Notes: a model not told the origin generated them from the sequence alone. A DNA stretch of 64,000 nt from an uncultured Phascolarctobacterium sp. (GCA_947630795.1 CANRJC010000011.1:11161-75160), one strand, 5' to 3'; numbered from the stretch's first letter, positions 29,323 through 39,708 are shown. Translations and numbers: made by a program.

Positions 29323-30363
29323 ATGCTGAACACTATGGTGTGGGGCGGCGACCGTTTGACGCTTTTGGATCAGACCAAGCTGCCCGCAGTCACTGAGTAT
29401 ATAGATTGTTTCGATCATCTGCGGGTCAAAGAAGCCATCGCCCGCTTGGAGGTGCGTGGCGCTCCCGCCATCGGGGCCGCCGCCGCCTTTGCCATGGTGC
29501 TGGGGGCTAAACACAGCCAGCATGAGCCCTTTTTGTCTCAACTGGAAGAGATAGCAGCGGACCTCGAAAGCGCCCGGCCTACGGCGGTGAATCTCGCCTG
29601 GGGCTGCCGGACGATAATAGATACAGCGAAAAAATTTTATGAGGAAGGTCTCAGAGGTTCTCTTCTCCTAAAAAAACTGGAAGAAAAAGCCGTCGCTATT
29701 TACGAAGAAGACATCGCCGCCAACAAAAAGATGGGCGAGCACGGCGCAGCTCTTTTGCCTAAAGAGGCCGTCGTCCTCACCCACTGCAATGCGGGGGCCT
29801 TGGCCACCTGCGGCTGGGGGACGGCCCTGGGGGTAGTGCGCAGCGCCTATCTTCAGGGAAAAATAAAAATGGTGTACAGCGATGAGACCCGGCCCCTGCT
29901 GCAGGGAGCCCGCCTCACCGCCTACGAATTGGCAGAAGAAGGCATCCCCGTCACCTGCATCACCGACGGCATGGCCGCCTGGACCATGAAGGAAAAGAAG
30001 GTGGACTGCGTCATCGTGGGAGCGGACCGCATCGCCGCCAACGGCGACACCGCCAATAAGATAGGCACCTTCAACCTGGCTCTGGCCGCACGAGCCTTGC
30101 ACATCCCCTTTTACGTGGCCGCCCCTGCCAGCACTTTCGATCTGCATTTGGCAGACGGCTCGGCCATCCCCATCGAAGAGAGAGCGCCTGAAGAAATAAA
30201 AAAATTTGCGGGCCACATCATCGCACCGGAAAAAGCTTTGGTCTATAACCCCGCCTTCGACGTGACGCCGGCCGCTCTTATAACCGCCATCATCACGGAA
30301 AAAGGGGTCATCAGGCCGCCTTACGCCCAAAACATCTCTCGTTTGCTGAAAAATAAAGCATAA
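29323..30363 (+). CDS. mtnA: S-methyl-5-thioribose-1-phosphate isomerase
   Basis: LDQTKLP, VRGAPAIG, LTHCNAGALAT and GADRIAANGDTANKIGT motifs of the eIF-2B/MtnA family. Confidence 0.9.
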   Translation: MLNTMVWGGDRLTLLDQTKLPAVTEYIDCFDHLRVKEAIARLEVRGAPAIGAAAAFAMVLGAKHSQHEPFLSQLEEIAADLESARPTAVNLAWGCRTIIDTAKKFYEEGLRGSLLLKKLEEKAVAIYEEDIAANKKMGEHGAALLPKEAVVLTHCNAGALATCGWGTALGVVRSAYLQGKIKMVYSDETRPLLQGARLTAYELAEEGIPVTCITDGMAAWTMKEKKVDCVIVGADRIAANGDTANKIGTFNLALAARALHIPFYVAAPASTFDLHLADGSAIPIEERAPEEIKKFAGHIIAPEKALVYNPAFDVTPAALITAIITEKGVIRPPYAQNISRLLKNKA

Positions 30364-30382
30364 GATATCAGGAGGAGAACTC

Positions 30383-31624
<1,242 letters not shown>

Positions 31625-31645
31625 AAAGGAAGGCAGCGAGGGATC

Positions 31646-32302
31646 ATGTATGAAAAAGAGAGAAGAGCGGTGGCGGCCATGGGGCGGCAGCTGCTGGCAA
31701 GCGGGCTCACCGCCGGCACCTGGGGGAACATCTCTCTGAAAATTTCTGACGATGCTATCCTCATCACTCCTTCCGGCCTCGGTTACGACCAACAGCAGCC
31801 GCAAGACATAGTGCTGTTGAACAGCGAAGGAGAGATGTTAGAAGGCAAGCGCCTCCCTTCTTCGGAGAAGGCGCTGCACATAGCCATCTACAAAGCCTGC
31901 CCTCAAGCCCGGGCCGTCATCCACACCCACGGGGTCTACAGCGGCGCCTTCGCCGCAGCTCATAAAAAGATCCCCGCCCTCACCGAAGACTTGGCTCAGG
32001 TGATAGGGGGAGCGGTGGACTGCGCTGTTTATGCGCCGCCGGGCACAGAAGAATTGGCCGAAGCGGCGGTGAGAGCCCTGGGAGAGCGCAGGGCCGTGCT
32101 GCTTTCCAACCACGGCGCCGCGGTGTGGGGCGCATCTTTGGAGCAGGCCTTCATGGCCGCTCAGCTGATCGAAAAGGCCGCTCACATCGCCATCCTCGCA
32201 GAGCTCTTGGGCGGCGGCAAAAAATTGACGGCGGCTCAGACCAAGGCCATGCACATTTTTTATGAAGAACATTACAGCAAACGGCAGGAAGGAGAGGAAT
32301 GA
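31646..32302 (+). CDS. class II aldolase/adducin-family protein (MtnB / Ald2 / FucA-like)
   Basis: GTWGNIS, ITPSG, SSEKALHIAIY and VIHTHG motifs of class II aldolases. Genomic context with mtnP and mtnA. Confidence 0.8.
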   Translation: MYEKERRAVAAMGRQLLASGLTAGTWGNISLKISDDAILITPSGLGYDQQQPQDIVLLNSEGEMLEGKRLPSSEKALHIAIYKACPQARAVIHTHGVYSGAFAAAHKKIPALTEDLAQVIGGAVDCAVYAPPGTEELAEAAVRALGERRAVLLSNHGAAVWGASLEQAFMAAQLIEKAAHIAILAELLGGGKKLTAAQTKAMHIFYEEHYSKRQEGEE

Positions 32303-33591
32303 CGGTGAAGAAATTACTCATCCGCAATGCGGAAGTGACGGACGCTCCTGCCGGTGTCCCTCATTATATCTATATAGAAGACAACAAGATCGTCTTCGTC
32401 AAAAAAACTCTGCCGGAAAATTTCGACTTCGCCGACGTAGAAGTCTTAGAAGGCGGCGGCAAGCTGGCCACCCCCGGCCTGGTGAACACCCACGGCCACG
32501 TGGCCATGACTCTTTTAAGAAGTTATGCCGACGATCTGGACCTGATGGACTGGCTGCAAAACAAGATCTGGCCCGTGGAAGCGAAGATGAAGCCGCAAGA
32601 CATCTACTGGGGCTCCATGCTGGGCATCTACGAGATGCTGAGGGGAGGCACCACCTGCTTTGCCGATATGTATGCGGAGATGGATGAGGTGGCCCAAGCC
32701 GCCGCCAAACTGGGCATCAGGGCCAATCTCAGCCGCGGCCTCATCGGCGCGGCCCCCAACGCTCAAGAAGCTCTCGCCGAGAACAAACAGCTTTTCAAAG
32801 ATTGGCACAATTACGATCGGGGACAGATACGGGTGACCTTGGGGCCTCACGCTCCCTACACCTGCCCCGACGACTTCTTGCGGCAAGTAGTCGATGCTTC
32901 TTTCGAACTGGGCGCCGAAGTGCAGATGCATTTATGCGAGACCAAAGGAGAGATCGAAGACAGCCTGAGAGACTTCGGCATGACCCCCATCGCGAGGATG
33001 GAAAAGATCGGCCTCTTAGAGCGAGGCGTCATCGCCGCCCACTGCGTCCATCTGACAGAAGAAGACATGGACATCATGGCCGCACGCCAAATGCGGGTGG
33101 CCCTCAACCCTCAGTCTAATTTGAAATTGGCCAGCGGCATCGCCCCCGTGCCCGCTCTTCTCAAAGAAGGCATATGCGTGGGCATCGGCACCGACGGAGC
33201 CAGCAGCAACAATAATTTGGACATGTTGGAAGAAGTGCGGCTCACCGCCATGTTGCACAAGGCGACGACTTACGATCCTCTTGCTCTTCCCGCCGCCGCA
33301 GTGTGGAAAATGGCCACGGAGGACGGGGCCAAGGTGCTGGGCTTTAAAAACTTGGGCCGTTTGGAAGCGGGGGCCTATGCGGACATCGTGCTGTGGAAGA
33401 TGAGCGGTCCCCATTGGTACCCCCGGCACAACAAGTTGAGCCTTTTGGTCTACGCCGCCTCGAGCCAAGATGCGGAAACGGTGCTGGTGAACGGCAAGGT
33501 GGTCTTAAAAGACGGGCACCTGACTGCCTACGACGAAGAGAAGATCTGCGCCGAAACGGCGGCCTGCGCCAAAGCTCTCTTGGAAAGATAA
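32299..33591 (+). CDS. mtaD: 5-methylthioadenosine / S-adenosylhomocysteine deaminase (amidohydrolase)
   Basis: PGLVNTHGHVAMTLLR, HLCET, HCVHL and GTDGASSNN motifs of the MtaD/DadD amidohydrolases. 430 aa. Confidence 0.85.
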   Translation: MTVKKLLIRNAEVTDAPAGVPHYIYIEDNKIVFVKKTLPENFDFADVEVLEGGGKLATPGLVNTHGHVAMTLLRSYADDLDLMDWLQNKIWPVEAKMKPQDIYWGSMLGIYEMLRGGTTCFADMYAEMDEVAQAAAKLGIRANLSRGLIGAAPNAQEALAENKQLFKDWHNYDRGQIRVTLGPHAPYTCPDDFLRQVVDASFELGAEVQMHLCETKGEIEDSLRDFGMTPIARMEKIGLLERGVIAAHCVHLTEEDMDIMAARQMRVALNPQSNLKLASGIAPVPALLKEGICVGIGTDGASSNNNLDMLEEVRLTAMLHKATTYDPLALPAAAVWKMATEDGAKVLGFKNLGRLEAGAYADIVLWKMSGPHWYPRHNKLSLLVYAASSQDAETVLVNGKVVLKDGHLTAYDEEKICAETAACAKALLER

Positions 33592-33768
33592 TGCGCCGCT
33601 TTTTCTCAGGCAAGATACAAGAGGCGAAGAGAAAGATCCCCGGCGCTCTCTTTTTAAAAAAGCGGTCGAACATATTTTGAGCGTCGAAAAATTTTTCCGG
33701 AAAAATTTTTAAAGTAAGATCGCCGCGGCCTTGGGCCTGCGGAGAAATATTTACGAGGTGATCAAAAA

Positions 33769-34356
33769 ATGACTACAATGAAAGCACTCATCCCTCTCGG
33801 CATTTCCGCCCGCCATGCTCATCTCACCCGGGAACACATGGACATCCTCTTCGGCAAGGGCAGCGAGCTCCATCCCAAAAAGAAGATCGGCCAGCCCGGG
33901 CAGTATGCCTCCGAAGAGCAGATCACCATGGTGACCCCCAAGGGCGAGATGAAACTGCGGATTATCGGGCCCCTGCGCCCCTTCACTCAGATCGAGCTGT
34001 CTATGACCGACGCCCGCAAAGCAGGAGTGAAGGCGCCTGTACGCAACAGCGGCGACATCGCCGGCTCCGCCGGCGCCAAACTGGTGGGTCCCTGCGGTGA
34101 AGTGGAGATCGCCGAGGGCATCATCATCGCCGCCCGCCACGTGCATCTCTATCCCGAGACGGCGGAAAAACTGGGCCTGAAAGACGGCGACATCGTGGAC
34201 GTGGAGACGACGGGGGAGAGGGCGCTCACCATGCACAACGTGCTGGTGCGGGCCGGCATCAAACACGCCGACGAGATCCACATCGACACCGACGAGGCCA
34301 ATGCCTGCGGCATCGGCGGGGACGGGCTGAGCCTGAACATCGTGTGGGAGAAATAG
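33769..34356 (+). CDS. pduL: phosphate propanoyltransferase (PduL-type phosphotransacylase)
   Basis: Duplicated PduL signature: IPLGISARHAHLTREHMDILFG and IIAARHVHLYPETAEKLGL. 195 aa. Confidence 0.9.
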   Translation: MTTMKALIPLGISARHAHLTREHMDILFGKGSELHPKKKIGQPGQYASEEQITMVTPKGEMKLRIIGPLRPFTQIELSMTDARKAGVKAPVRNSGDIAGSAGAKLVGPCGEVEIAEGIIIAARHVHLYPETAEKLGLKDGDIVDVETTGERALTMHNVLVRAGIKHADEIHIDTDEANACGIGGDGLSLNIVWEK

Positions 34357-34438
34357 CGCCTGCATCAGAGGACAGCGTGAAATAAAGAGGGGCTGTTGCC
34401 TTGCGAAGATGCTCGCAAAGCGACAAGCCCCTTTTAAG

Positions 34439-34494
34439 TTTGGAGTGTGGAGTGAGGAGTGTGGAGTGTGGAGTGTGGAGCGTGGAGTGTGGAG
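34439..34494 (+). repeat. tandem heptamer array (NNGGAGT) x8
   Basis: TTGGAGT GTGGAGT GAGGAGT GTGGAGT GTGGAGT GTGGAGC GTGGAGT GTGGAGT lies right after the pduL terminator hairpin. Confidence 0.9.
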
Positions 34495-34625
34495 TTGGGC
34501 GCCGGTCACTGAGCCTGTCGAAGTGCCCGGCGCAGCAGTGCCTTTCATCCGCGCCCTAACGCTTCGACAGAGCTCAGCGGGCGGGCGCTACATGAGTGCC
34601 CGGCTCGAGCAGAATGTATGAACGT
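34495..34625 (+). repeat. dispersed intergenic repeat, copy 1 (MITE/REP-like)
   Basis: GGCGCCGGTCACTGAGC ... GAAGTGCCCGGCGCAGCAGTGCCTTTCATCCGCGCCCTAACGCTTCGACAGAGCTCAGCGGGCGGGCGCTACATGAGTGCCCGGCTCGAGCAGAATGTATGAA is nearly identical to 36011-36190. A scrambled partial copy lies at about 37040-37110. Confidence 0.85.
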
Positions 34626-34691
34626 GCAAGAGTGTGCAGGCCTAAAATTTTGTCGAATTTCAAATAGTACTGTTTATGAAAATTTAAAGCG

Positions 34692-34720
34692 TTGACTTTA
34701 TCTTTCAAGCTTGTTACAAT
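34692..34720 (+). promoter_or_regulatory. near-consensus sigma-70-type promoter
   Basis: TTGACT (34692-34697), 17-nt spacer, TACAAT (34715-34720). Confidence 0.6.
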
Positions 34721-34726
34721 AAAGGT

Positions 34727-34900
34727 GCTTTGAGCCGTCGCCGATCTCGCAAGAGGAGCGGCGGCACCGCAAGGGATCAGCCCAGTTGTTTGCGGAAAAA
34801 TGAATAGAGCAGCGATCCGGCCGCTCACCGACAGCGGGATAGAAGCAGTCGGACCGAAGTGAACACGTCCTTCGCCGTTAGGCGAAGGATTTTTGTTTTT
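34727..34900 (+). ncRNA. candidate structured small RNA (unclassified), with its own promoter and terminator
   Basis: About 170 nt between the promoter above and the intrinsic terminator TCCTTCGCC-GTTA-GGCGAAGGA-TTTTT (34868-34895). It contains GNRA-capped helices (CTC-GCAA-GAG inside GCCGTCGC/GCGGCGGC, and CC-GCAA-GG) and has no convincing ORF. I could not match the class by eye (not SRP, tmRNA or RNase P). Confidence 0.4.
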
Positions 34901-35021
34901 AAGTATAAAAGTTCAGCACCCCAAGTTTTTCTTCTCATTTTGTCCCTAAAAATGTATAATAAAAGTACGGTCACATCAGGGGCAAGGTGAGTAAAATAAA
35001 AAAGCAAAAGGAGGAGACCCG

Positions 35022-35927
35022 ATGCCCCGGATGAAAAGGACCGTAAAAGACAGTGTTTTCACTTATCTTTTCCAAGATCCGCAGTACACGTTGCAACTCT
35101 ATAAATCGCTGCACGGCGAAGACAAAGGCGTCGAAGAGAAAGACATCGAAGTGATCACGCTGACCAACGTCTTGGTCGACGACATCTACAACGACTTAGG
35201 CTTTTTGGTGAAAGACAGGCTGATCATTTTGGTGGAAGCCCAGTCCACATTTTCTCGGAACATCGCCTATCGTATGCTGCTTTACATGACAGCAACTTTC
35301 AAAGCCTACGCCGACAGAGAAAAGATGGACAGCCACTCGCAGAAAGATCTGCACTTCCCTCATGCGGAGGTATATGTTATCTACACGGGGGAGGGAGAAG
35401 TCCCCGCTGTCTGTCGATTTTCGGATCTCTGCGAAAAAGGGAAAGATGAAGAAGATATAGATGTAGAAACGAGAGTCCATGTGTTGCGGGGAGATGCCGC
35501 CGATAAAAACGACATCGTGAGGCAGTATGTGCGCTTTTGCAAGATCGCCGACGAAGAGCGGCGCAAAGGCGGCCCCACGGTGAAAACTGTAGAGAGGATC
35601 ATCGACCGCTGTATCGAAGAAGGAGTGCTGCCAGTTTTTTTGGCGTCACGCAGGAGGGAGGTAGAGGATATGATGGTAGTATTGTTCGATGAAAAGAAAG
35701 TAAGAGAGATCCACGAGTATAATGTCATAAAGGATGCTTTAGAAGAAGGCAGAGAAGAAGGCAGAGCCGAGGGCATGAAGAAAGGCAGAGACGAAGGCAT
35801 CGCTGCCATGGTCGCCACATTGAAAGAATTGTCTCTGGAAAGAGATTTTGCGAAGCAAAAATTGATGCAACGCTTCGACCTCACGCCCGAGGCAGCGGCG
35901 GCGAAGGTAGAGCAGTATTGGAACTGA
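35022..35927 (+). CDS. Rpn-family recombination-promoting nuclease / putative transposase (PD-(D/E)XK)
   Basis: N-terminus KDSVFTYLFQDPQY and the DLGFLVKDRLIILVEAQS catalytic-core pattern, plus the charged, repetitive C-terminal tail (EEGREEGRAEGMKKGRDEG) typical of this family. Confidence 0.8.
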   Translation: MPRMKRTVKDSVFTYLFQDPQYTLQLYKSLHGEDKGVEEKDIEVITLTNVLVDDIYNDLGFLVKDRLIILVEAQSTFSRNIAYRMLLYMTATFKAYADREKMDSHSQKDLHFPHAEVYVIYTGEGEVPAVCRFSDLCEKGKDEEDIDVETRVHVLRGDAADKNDIVRQYVRFCKIADEERRKGGPTVKTVERIIDRCIEEGVLPVFLASRRREVEDMMVVLFDEKKVREIHEYNVIKDALEEGREEGRAEGMKKGRDEGIAAMVATLKELSLERDFAKQKLMQRFDLTPEAAAAKVEQYWN

Positions 35928-35981
35928 AAATTTGCTCAAGGCTGTAATGAAGAAGGGACGCGCAGGCGTCCCTTCTTCAGT

Positions 35982-36216
35982 TTGGAGTGTGGAGTGTGGA
36001 GTTGAGGAAGGCGCCGGTCACTGAGCGGTCCCGGGCTCCCTCAGCTCGATCATATAAATCAGCTGAGCGTGCAAGAGGGAGGAAGTGCCCGGCGCAGCAG
36101 AGCCTTTCATCCGCGCCCTAACGCTTCGACAAGCTCAGCGGGCGGGCGCTACATGAGTGCCCGGCTCGAACAGAATGTATGAATGTTCAAGAAGGTGGAG
36201 TGTGGAGTTGAGGAAG
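35982..36216 (+). repeat. dispersed intergenic repeat, copy 2, bounded by identical 22-bp direct repeats
   Basis: GTGGAGTGTGGAGTTGAGGAAG occurs at 35989-36010 and again at 36195-36216. The 184-bp core between them shares a ~110-bp near-identical block with copy 1. Confidence 0.85.
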
Positions 36217-36220
36217 TTTT

Positions 36221-36979
36221 CTACGACGATCTTCTCTCTTCCCGCTCCATTTGTTTTTTCCACGTCTTGACAGTCTGCTCGCGCAAGAAAAGGAGCAAAG
36301 GCTCAAGTTCTTGTCGCTCGTCCCACGCTTCCAGCGCCGCATAATAAGCTTTGCGGTCTTCTTCGTGGATGATGATGGGCGGATGATCGCAGAGCAGCAG
36401 AAAGTAATTCATGAGCAGCCGCCCCGCGCGGCCGTTGCCGTCCGCAAAGGGGTGGATATTTTCGAATTTAGCGTGAAAATAAGCGGCGGCGACGAGGGCC
36501 TTATCCATGGGAACGGCGGTGAGTTCGGCCAAAAGCTCCGCCATTTCTTCCGCCACGCTCTCCGGCGCTGCGCCGATCTCGTTTTTGCCGGTCACATAGT
36601 CGTGCCGTTTGTATTCGCCGGGGCGTTCGCCCAACTGCCAACGACGGGAGTCGTAGGTGTTTTGCGTCAAAAGACGCTGGACTTCGCAGACCAAAGCGGC
36701 ATCGAGAGGACGCCTTTCCTCGAAAGCAGTCAGCAGAAACTCGCCGGCTTCTTTGGCGTTGCGGATCTCAAAAAGAGTGCGCAGGTCGCCTGTATAGCTG
36801 CTCACGCCGTCACGCTCGAAAATGTCGCGGGTGTCGCTGTAGGTGACGTTGGGGTTTTCGATCTTTCCGGAATGATAGGCAAAGGCGATGCTGTGCCCGT
36901 TCAGCGCTTCGGCAAGTTGGGCGGCGGTGGTGATGTGCCGTTTTTGCCACAGGGCTACGGCTTTTTCGTAAGCGGTCAT
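36221..36979 (-). CDS. Fic-family protein (class II-like, with an N-terminal inhibitory motif)
   Basis: Active-site motif HPFADGNGRAGR. An upstream SGKIEN matches the (S/T)xxxE(G/N) inhibitory helix. The start is set at the second ATG (MTAYEK), which has a GGAGG RBS 7 nt upstream. Confidence 0.88.
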   Translation of the reverse strand: MTAYEKAVALWQKRHITTAAQLAEALNGHSIAFAYHSGKIENPNVTYSDTRDIFERDGVSSYTGDLRTLFEIRNAKEAGEFLLTAFEERRPLDAALVCEVQRLLTQNTYDSRRWQLGERPGEYKRHDYVTGKNEIGAAPESVAEEMAELLAELTAVPMDKALVAAAYFHAKFENIHPFADGNGRAGRLLMNYFLLLCDHPPIIIHEEDRKAYYAALEAWDERQELEPLLLFLREQTVKTWKKQMEREERRSS

Positions 36980-37299
36980 GAACGCACCTCCCTCATGGGT
37001 CATTGTACCACGCTTTTGCCGTAAGCAGGAAAAATTTTTCGGCGGAAACTGCGAAAGCGGGCGCTCAGGGCCCGACTCGAGCAGAATGTCTGCCCCCTAA
37101 CGCTTCGGGACAGGGTCAGTGCGGCTCCGGAAGAAAATTTTCGCGGCGGCGGCTCATCTTGCGGTATAATGAACGATAGAGGCATATTCTGAAACTTATT
37201 TTACATGGACTGCGAAGTCGTATTCGTATAAAAGCACGGACCGGATAGAAGTTTGGAGCTGACGATCAAATCCTGCGATGATAAAAAAGGAGTTAAACT

Positions 37300-37830
37300 A
37301 TGGCAAGATTAGGATGCAAATGCGGAGCGATAATGGGAACGACTCAGTGTCCTTCTCCGTTTTCTCTTTTCGTGTACTATAAAGACGAGATCGAGCAAGC
37401 TTTATCCGATGATCCCGACATCACTTTGTTCGATTTTTTGACCGATTGGGACGAAAAGAATAAATGTCAAAAGGAATTTATGCATAGAGCAGAGCGAGTA
37501 GATTATTGGTATTGCAGAGAATGCCGCAGAGTGTATGAAGTTCAGTTGCGTCCGAAAGGGCATTGGCTCAGAGTATATAAGCGCAGCGATGAATTTTCGG
37601 TGTCGGAGCATAGTGATTGGTCGCAAATTTACGTTATGTCCGATGTGGAGACTTATGCCGCAACAGAGGCGAATAGCAAAATACGCTTGACAGATTATCT
37701 GGCGAAGCATGACGCTGTGCGTTATTATCTATCTCCTGACGAAACGACTGTATATGTAAAAAACACTGAAGACGGTAAAATACTATGCTCCTATTCGCTT
37801 GAGGAAGCCCTACCATCTGACATAGAGTAA
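37300..37830 (+). CDS. hypothetical protein with split CxC / CxxC zinc-ribbon-like cysteines
   Basis: 176-aa ORF with an AAAGGAG RBS. CKCG ... CRECRRVYEV. Lower G+C than the core genome. No recognised family. Confidence 0.6.
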   Translation: MARLGCKCGAIMGTTQCPSPFSLFVYYKDEIEQALSDDPDITLFDFLTDWDEKNKCQKEFMHRAERVDYWYCRECRRVYEVQLRPKGHWLRVYKRSDEFSVSEHSDWSQIYVMSDVETYAATEANSKIRLTDYLAKHDAVRYYLSPDETTVYVKNTEDGKILCSYSLEEALPSDIE

Positions 37831-38041
37831 ACATAAACCCGCCGGGCGCTACCAACATCCGACGGGTCTATTCATTTGAGGGATATGAATATCCTCCAAA
37901 TAAGCACCCTTAGTATAAAGGAAATTGTAGTTAACGTCAAGAAAAAATACAATATACAAGTACAATATATAGAGTTGCGTAGTATTAGAATGGAGCAAAT
38001 CGCATTAAATTTCTTACGGAATCCAGAAAGGTGCTGTCATC

Positions 38042-38920
38042 ATGTTCGAATTGGTACAACTGAACGAGAGGGATTTTTACATCGAAAGCCCGGCCAAGAT
38101 AGGGCTGGTGAAGGTGAACGACAACGAGGTGTGCCTCATCGACAGCGGCAACGACAAAGACGCAGGTCGAAGAGTGCGGCAAATTTTAGACCGCAACGGC
38201 TGGCGCCTGACCGCCGTCTTCAACACCCACGCCAACGCCGACCACATCGGGGGCAACAGATATCTGCAGGCGCAGACGGGCTGCAAGGTGTATGCTCCGG
38301 GCATCGACTGCGCTTTCACCCGCCGCACTGTTTTAGAGCCGGCCTTTTTGTACGGCGGCTATCCTCCCAAAGACCTGCGCCACAAATTTTTGCTGGCTCA
38401 GGAGAGCGCTGCCGAAGAATTGAGGGCGGAAGTTTTGCCGCCGAATCTAGTGCCCGTGAAACTGCCGGGGCATTTTTTCGACATGACCGGTTTTCGCACC
38501 GCCGCCGGCACCGTCTATCTGGCAGACTGCTTGGCGAGCCGCGAGGCGCTGGACAAATACGGCATCGTCTTCATCTACGACGTGGCGGCCTATTTAGAGA
38601 CTTTAGAGGCGGTGAAGAGCATGGAGGCGAAAGTTTTCGTCCCCGCCCACGCCCCAGTGACGGACGACATCGCCCCCTTAGCCGACTACAACATAAAAAA
38701 AGTGTGGGAGATCGCAGAAAAGATCGAAGAGCTGTGCCGCGAGCCTCTCTCTTTCGAAGTGTTGCTGCAGAAACTTTTCCTCTGCTTCGGCCTCACCATG
38801 ACTTTCGAGCAGTATGTTTTGGTGGGCAGCACGGTGCGCTCCTATCTGGCGTGGCTGAAGGACGCAGGCCGGGTGACGGTGCATTTTGAAAACGCTATGC
38901 TGCTGTGGGAGCGGGCGTGA
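38042..38920 (+). CDS. MBL-fold metallo-hydrolase
   Basis: CLIDSGND then NTHANADHIGGN (HxHxDH-like, with the second His replaced by Asn), and later a conserved PGH. 292 aa. Confidence 0.7.
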   Translation: MFELVQLNERDFYIESPAKIGLVKVNDNEVCLIDSGNDKDAGRRVRQILDRNGWRLTAVFNTHANADHIGGNRYLQAQTGCKVYAPGIDCAFTRRTVLEPAFLYGGYPPKDLRHKFLLAQESAAEELRAEVLPPNLVPVKLPGHFFDMTGFRTAAGTVYLADCLASREALDKYGIVFIYDVAAYLETLEAVKSMEAKVFVPAHAPVTDDIAPLADYNIKKVWEIAEKIEELCREPLSFEVLLQKLFLCFGLTMTFEQYVLVGSTVRSYLAWLKDAGRVTVHFENAMLLWERA

Positions 38921-38988
38921 AGCGATGCTTTCTGCGGCTCATAAAAAGAAGCGGGCCGCCGACATTCGTTATTCGGGAGGTAAAGATC

Positions 38989-39708
38989 ATGAAAAAATCT
39001 GTTTCTGCTTTGCTTTTGGCAATGTGCCTGTTTTCTCTCAATGCTGCGCCGGCAGCTGCCTATGAATACGATAAAGACGCCATCAAAAAAGAGTTCAAGT
39101 GCAAGCAGGACGCCATTCCTGCCTACGTTCTGGCCGATCTCTTGAAGGCTATGACCGTTTCCGACAACATTTTTGAAAATGACACCCTCCGTTTAGAAGT
39201 GCTGCCGTATATCAAAATGGAATATTTTAACGCAAGCTCGGCCCTGAGAAAGACCATGGCAGCCGATTCTGTCATCATGGTCACAGGCGGGGGCTTTAGG
39301 TTTGTCTCCCTCTATGTTCCCGTTCTGCCTTATTTGAAGGTTGCCGTCACCAACAAGACCGAGCAGCCTTTGGAGATCGATCTGGAGCGCAGCCAAATAA
39401 CTCTCGGCGGCTACTCCGGCCGCGGCGTCCAGACCGGCACCAACTTCAGAAATGCCGCGAGCGCACCCCAGCCCCCTTTGATCGTTTTCCCCAATTCCGC
39501 AAAGACAGTTGCCTTGTGGCGGACAGACTTTAATTTCTTCAGAGGCACTGTAACGGAAGGACCTCGCTGGCTCCCTCCCTTCGACTTGGCTTTGAACACC
39601 AATATTTTGGGCGAGACGATCTTGAAAGTGAACGACAAATATATCGCTTTTGTCCCAAAGGCTGTCATCGACGAAAGCAAGCTGCACTGGCAAAAGATCA
39701 GAAAATAA
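38989..39708 (+). CDS. secreted/lipoprotein-like hypothetical protein
   Basis: The internal ATG with a GGGAGG RBS gives the signal peptide MKKSVSALLLAMCLFSLNAAPAAA. No recognised domain. Confidence 0.65.
   Translation: MKKSVSALLLAMCLFSLNAAPAAAYEYDKDAIKKEFKCKQDAIPAYVLADLLKAMTVSDNIFENDTLRLEVLPYIKMEYFNASSALRKTMAADSVIMVTGGGFRFVSLYVPVLPYLKVAVTNKTEQPLEIDLERSQITLGGYSGRGVQTGTNFRNAASAPQPPLIVFPNSAKTVALWRTDFNFFRGTVTEGPRWLPPFDLALNTNILGETILKVNDKYIAFVPKAVIDESKLHWQKIRK

Noticed and set aside
34409-34621. 70-aa ORF translating the heptamer array as GVWSEECGVWSVERGVWS...
   Set aside because: It is produced by reading through a 7-bp tandem DNA repeat and a dispersed intergenic repeat. It has no RBS, and the same repeats occur elsewhere out of any frame.
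37876-38889. 337-aa plus-strand ORF in another frame over the MBL-fold gene.
   Set aside because: Its translation is an Arg/Gly/Pro-rich nonsense-like sequence. The overlapping frame (38042-38920) carries the MBL motifs and a proper RBS.
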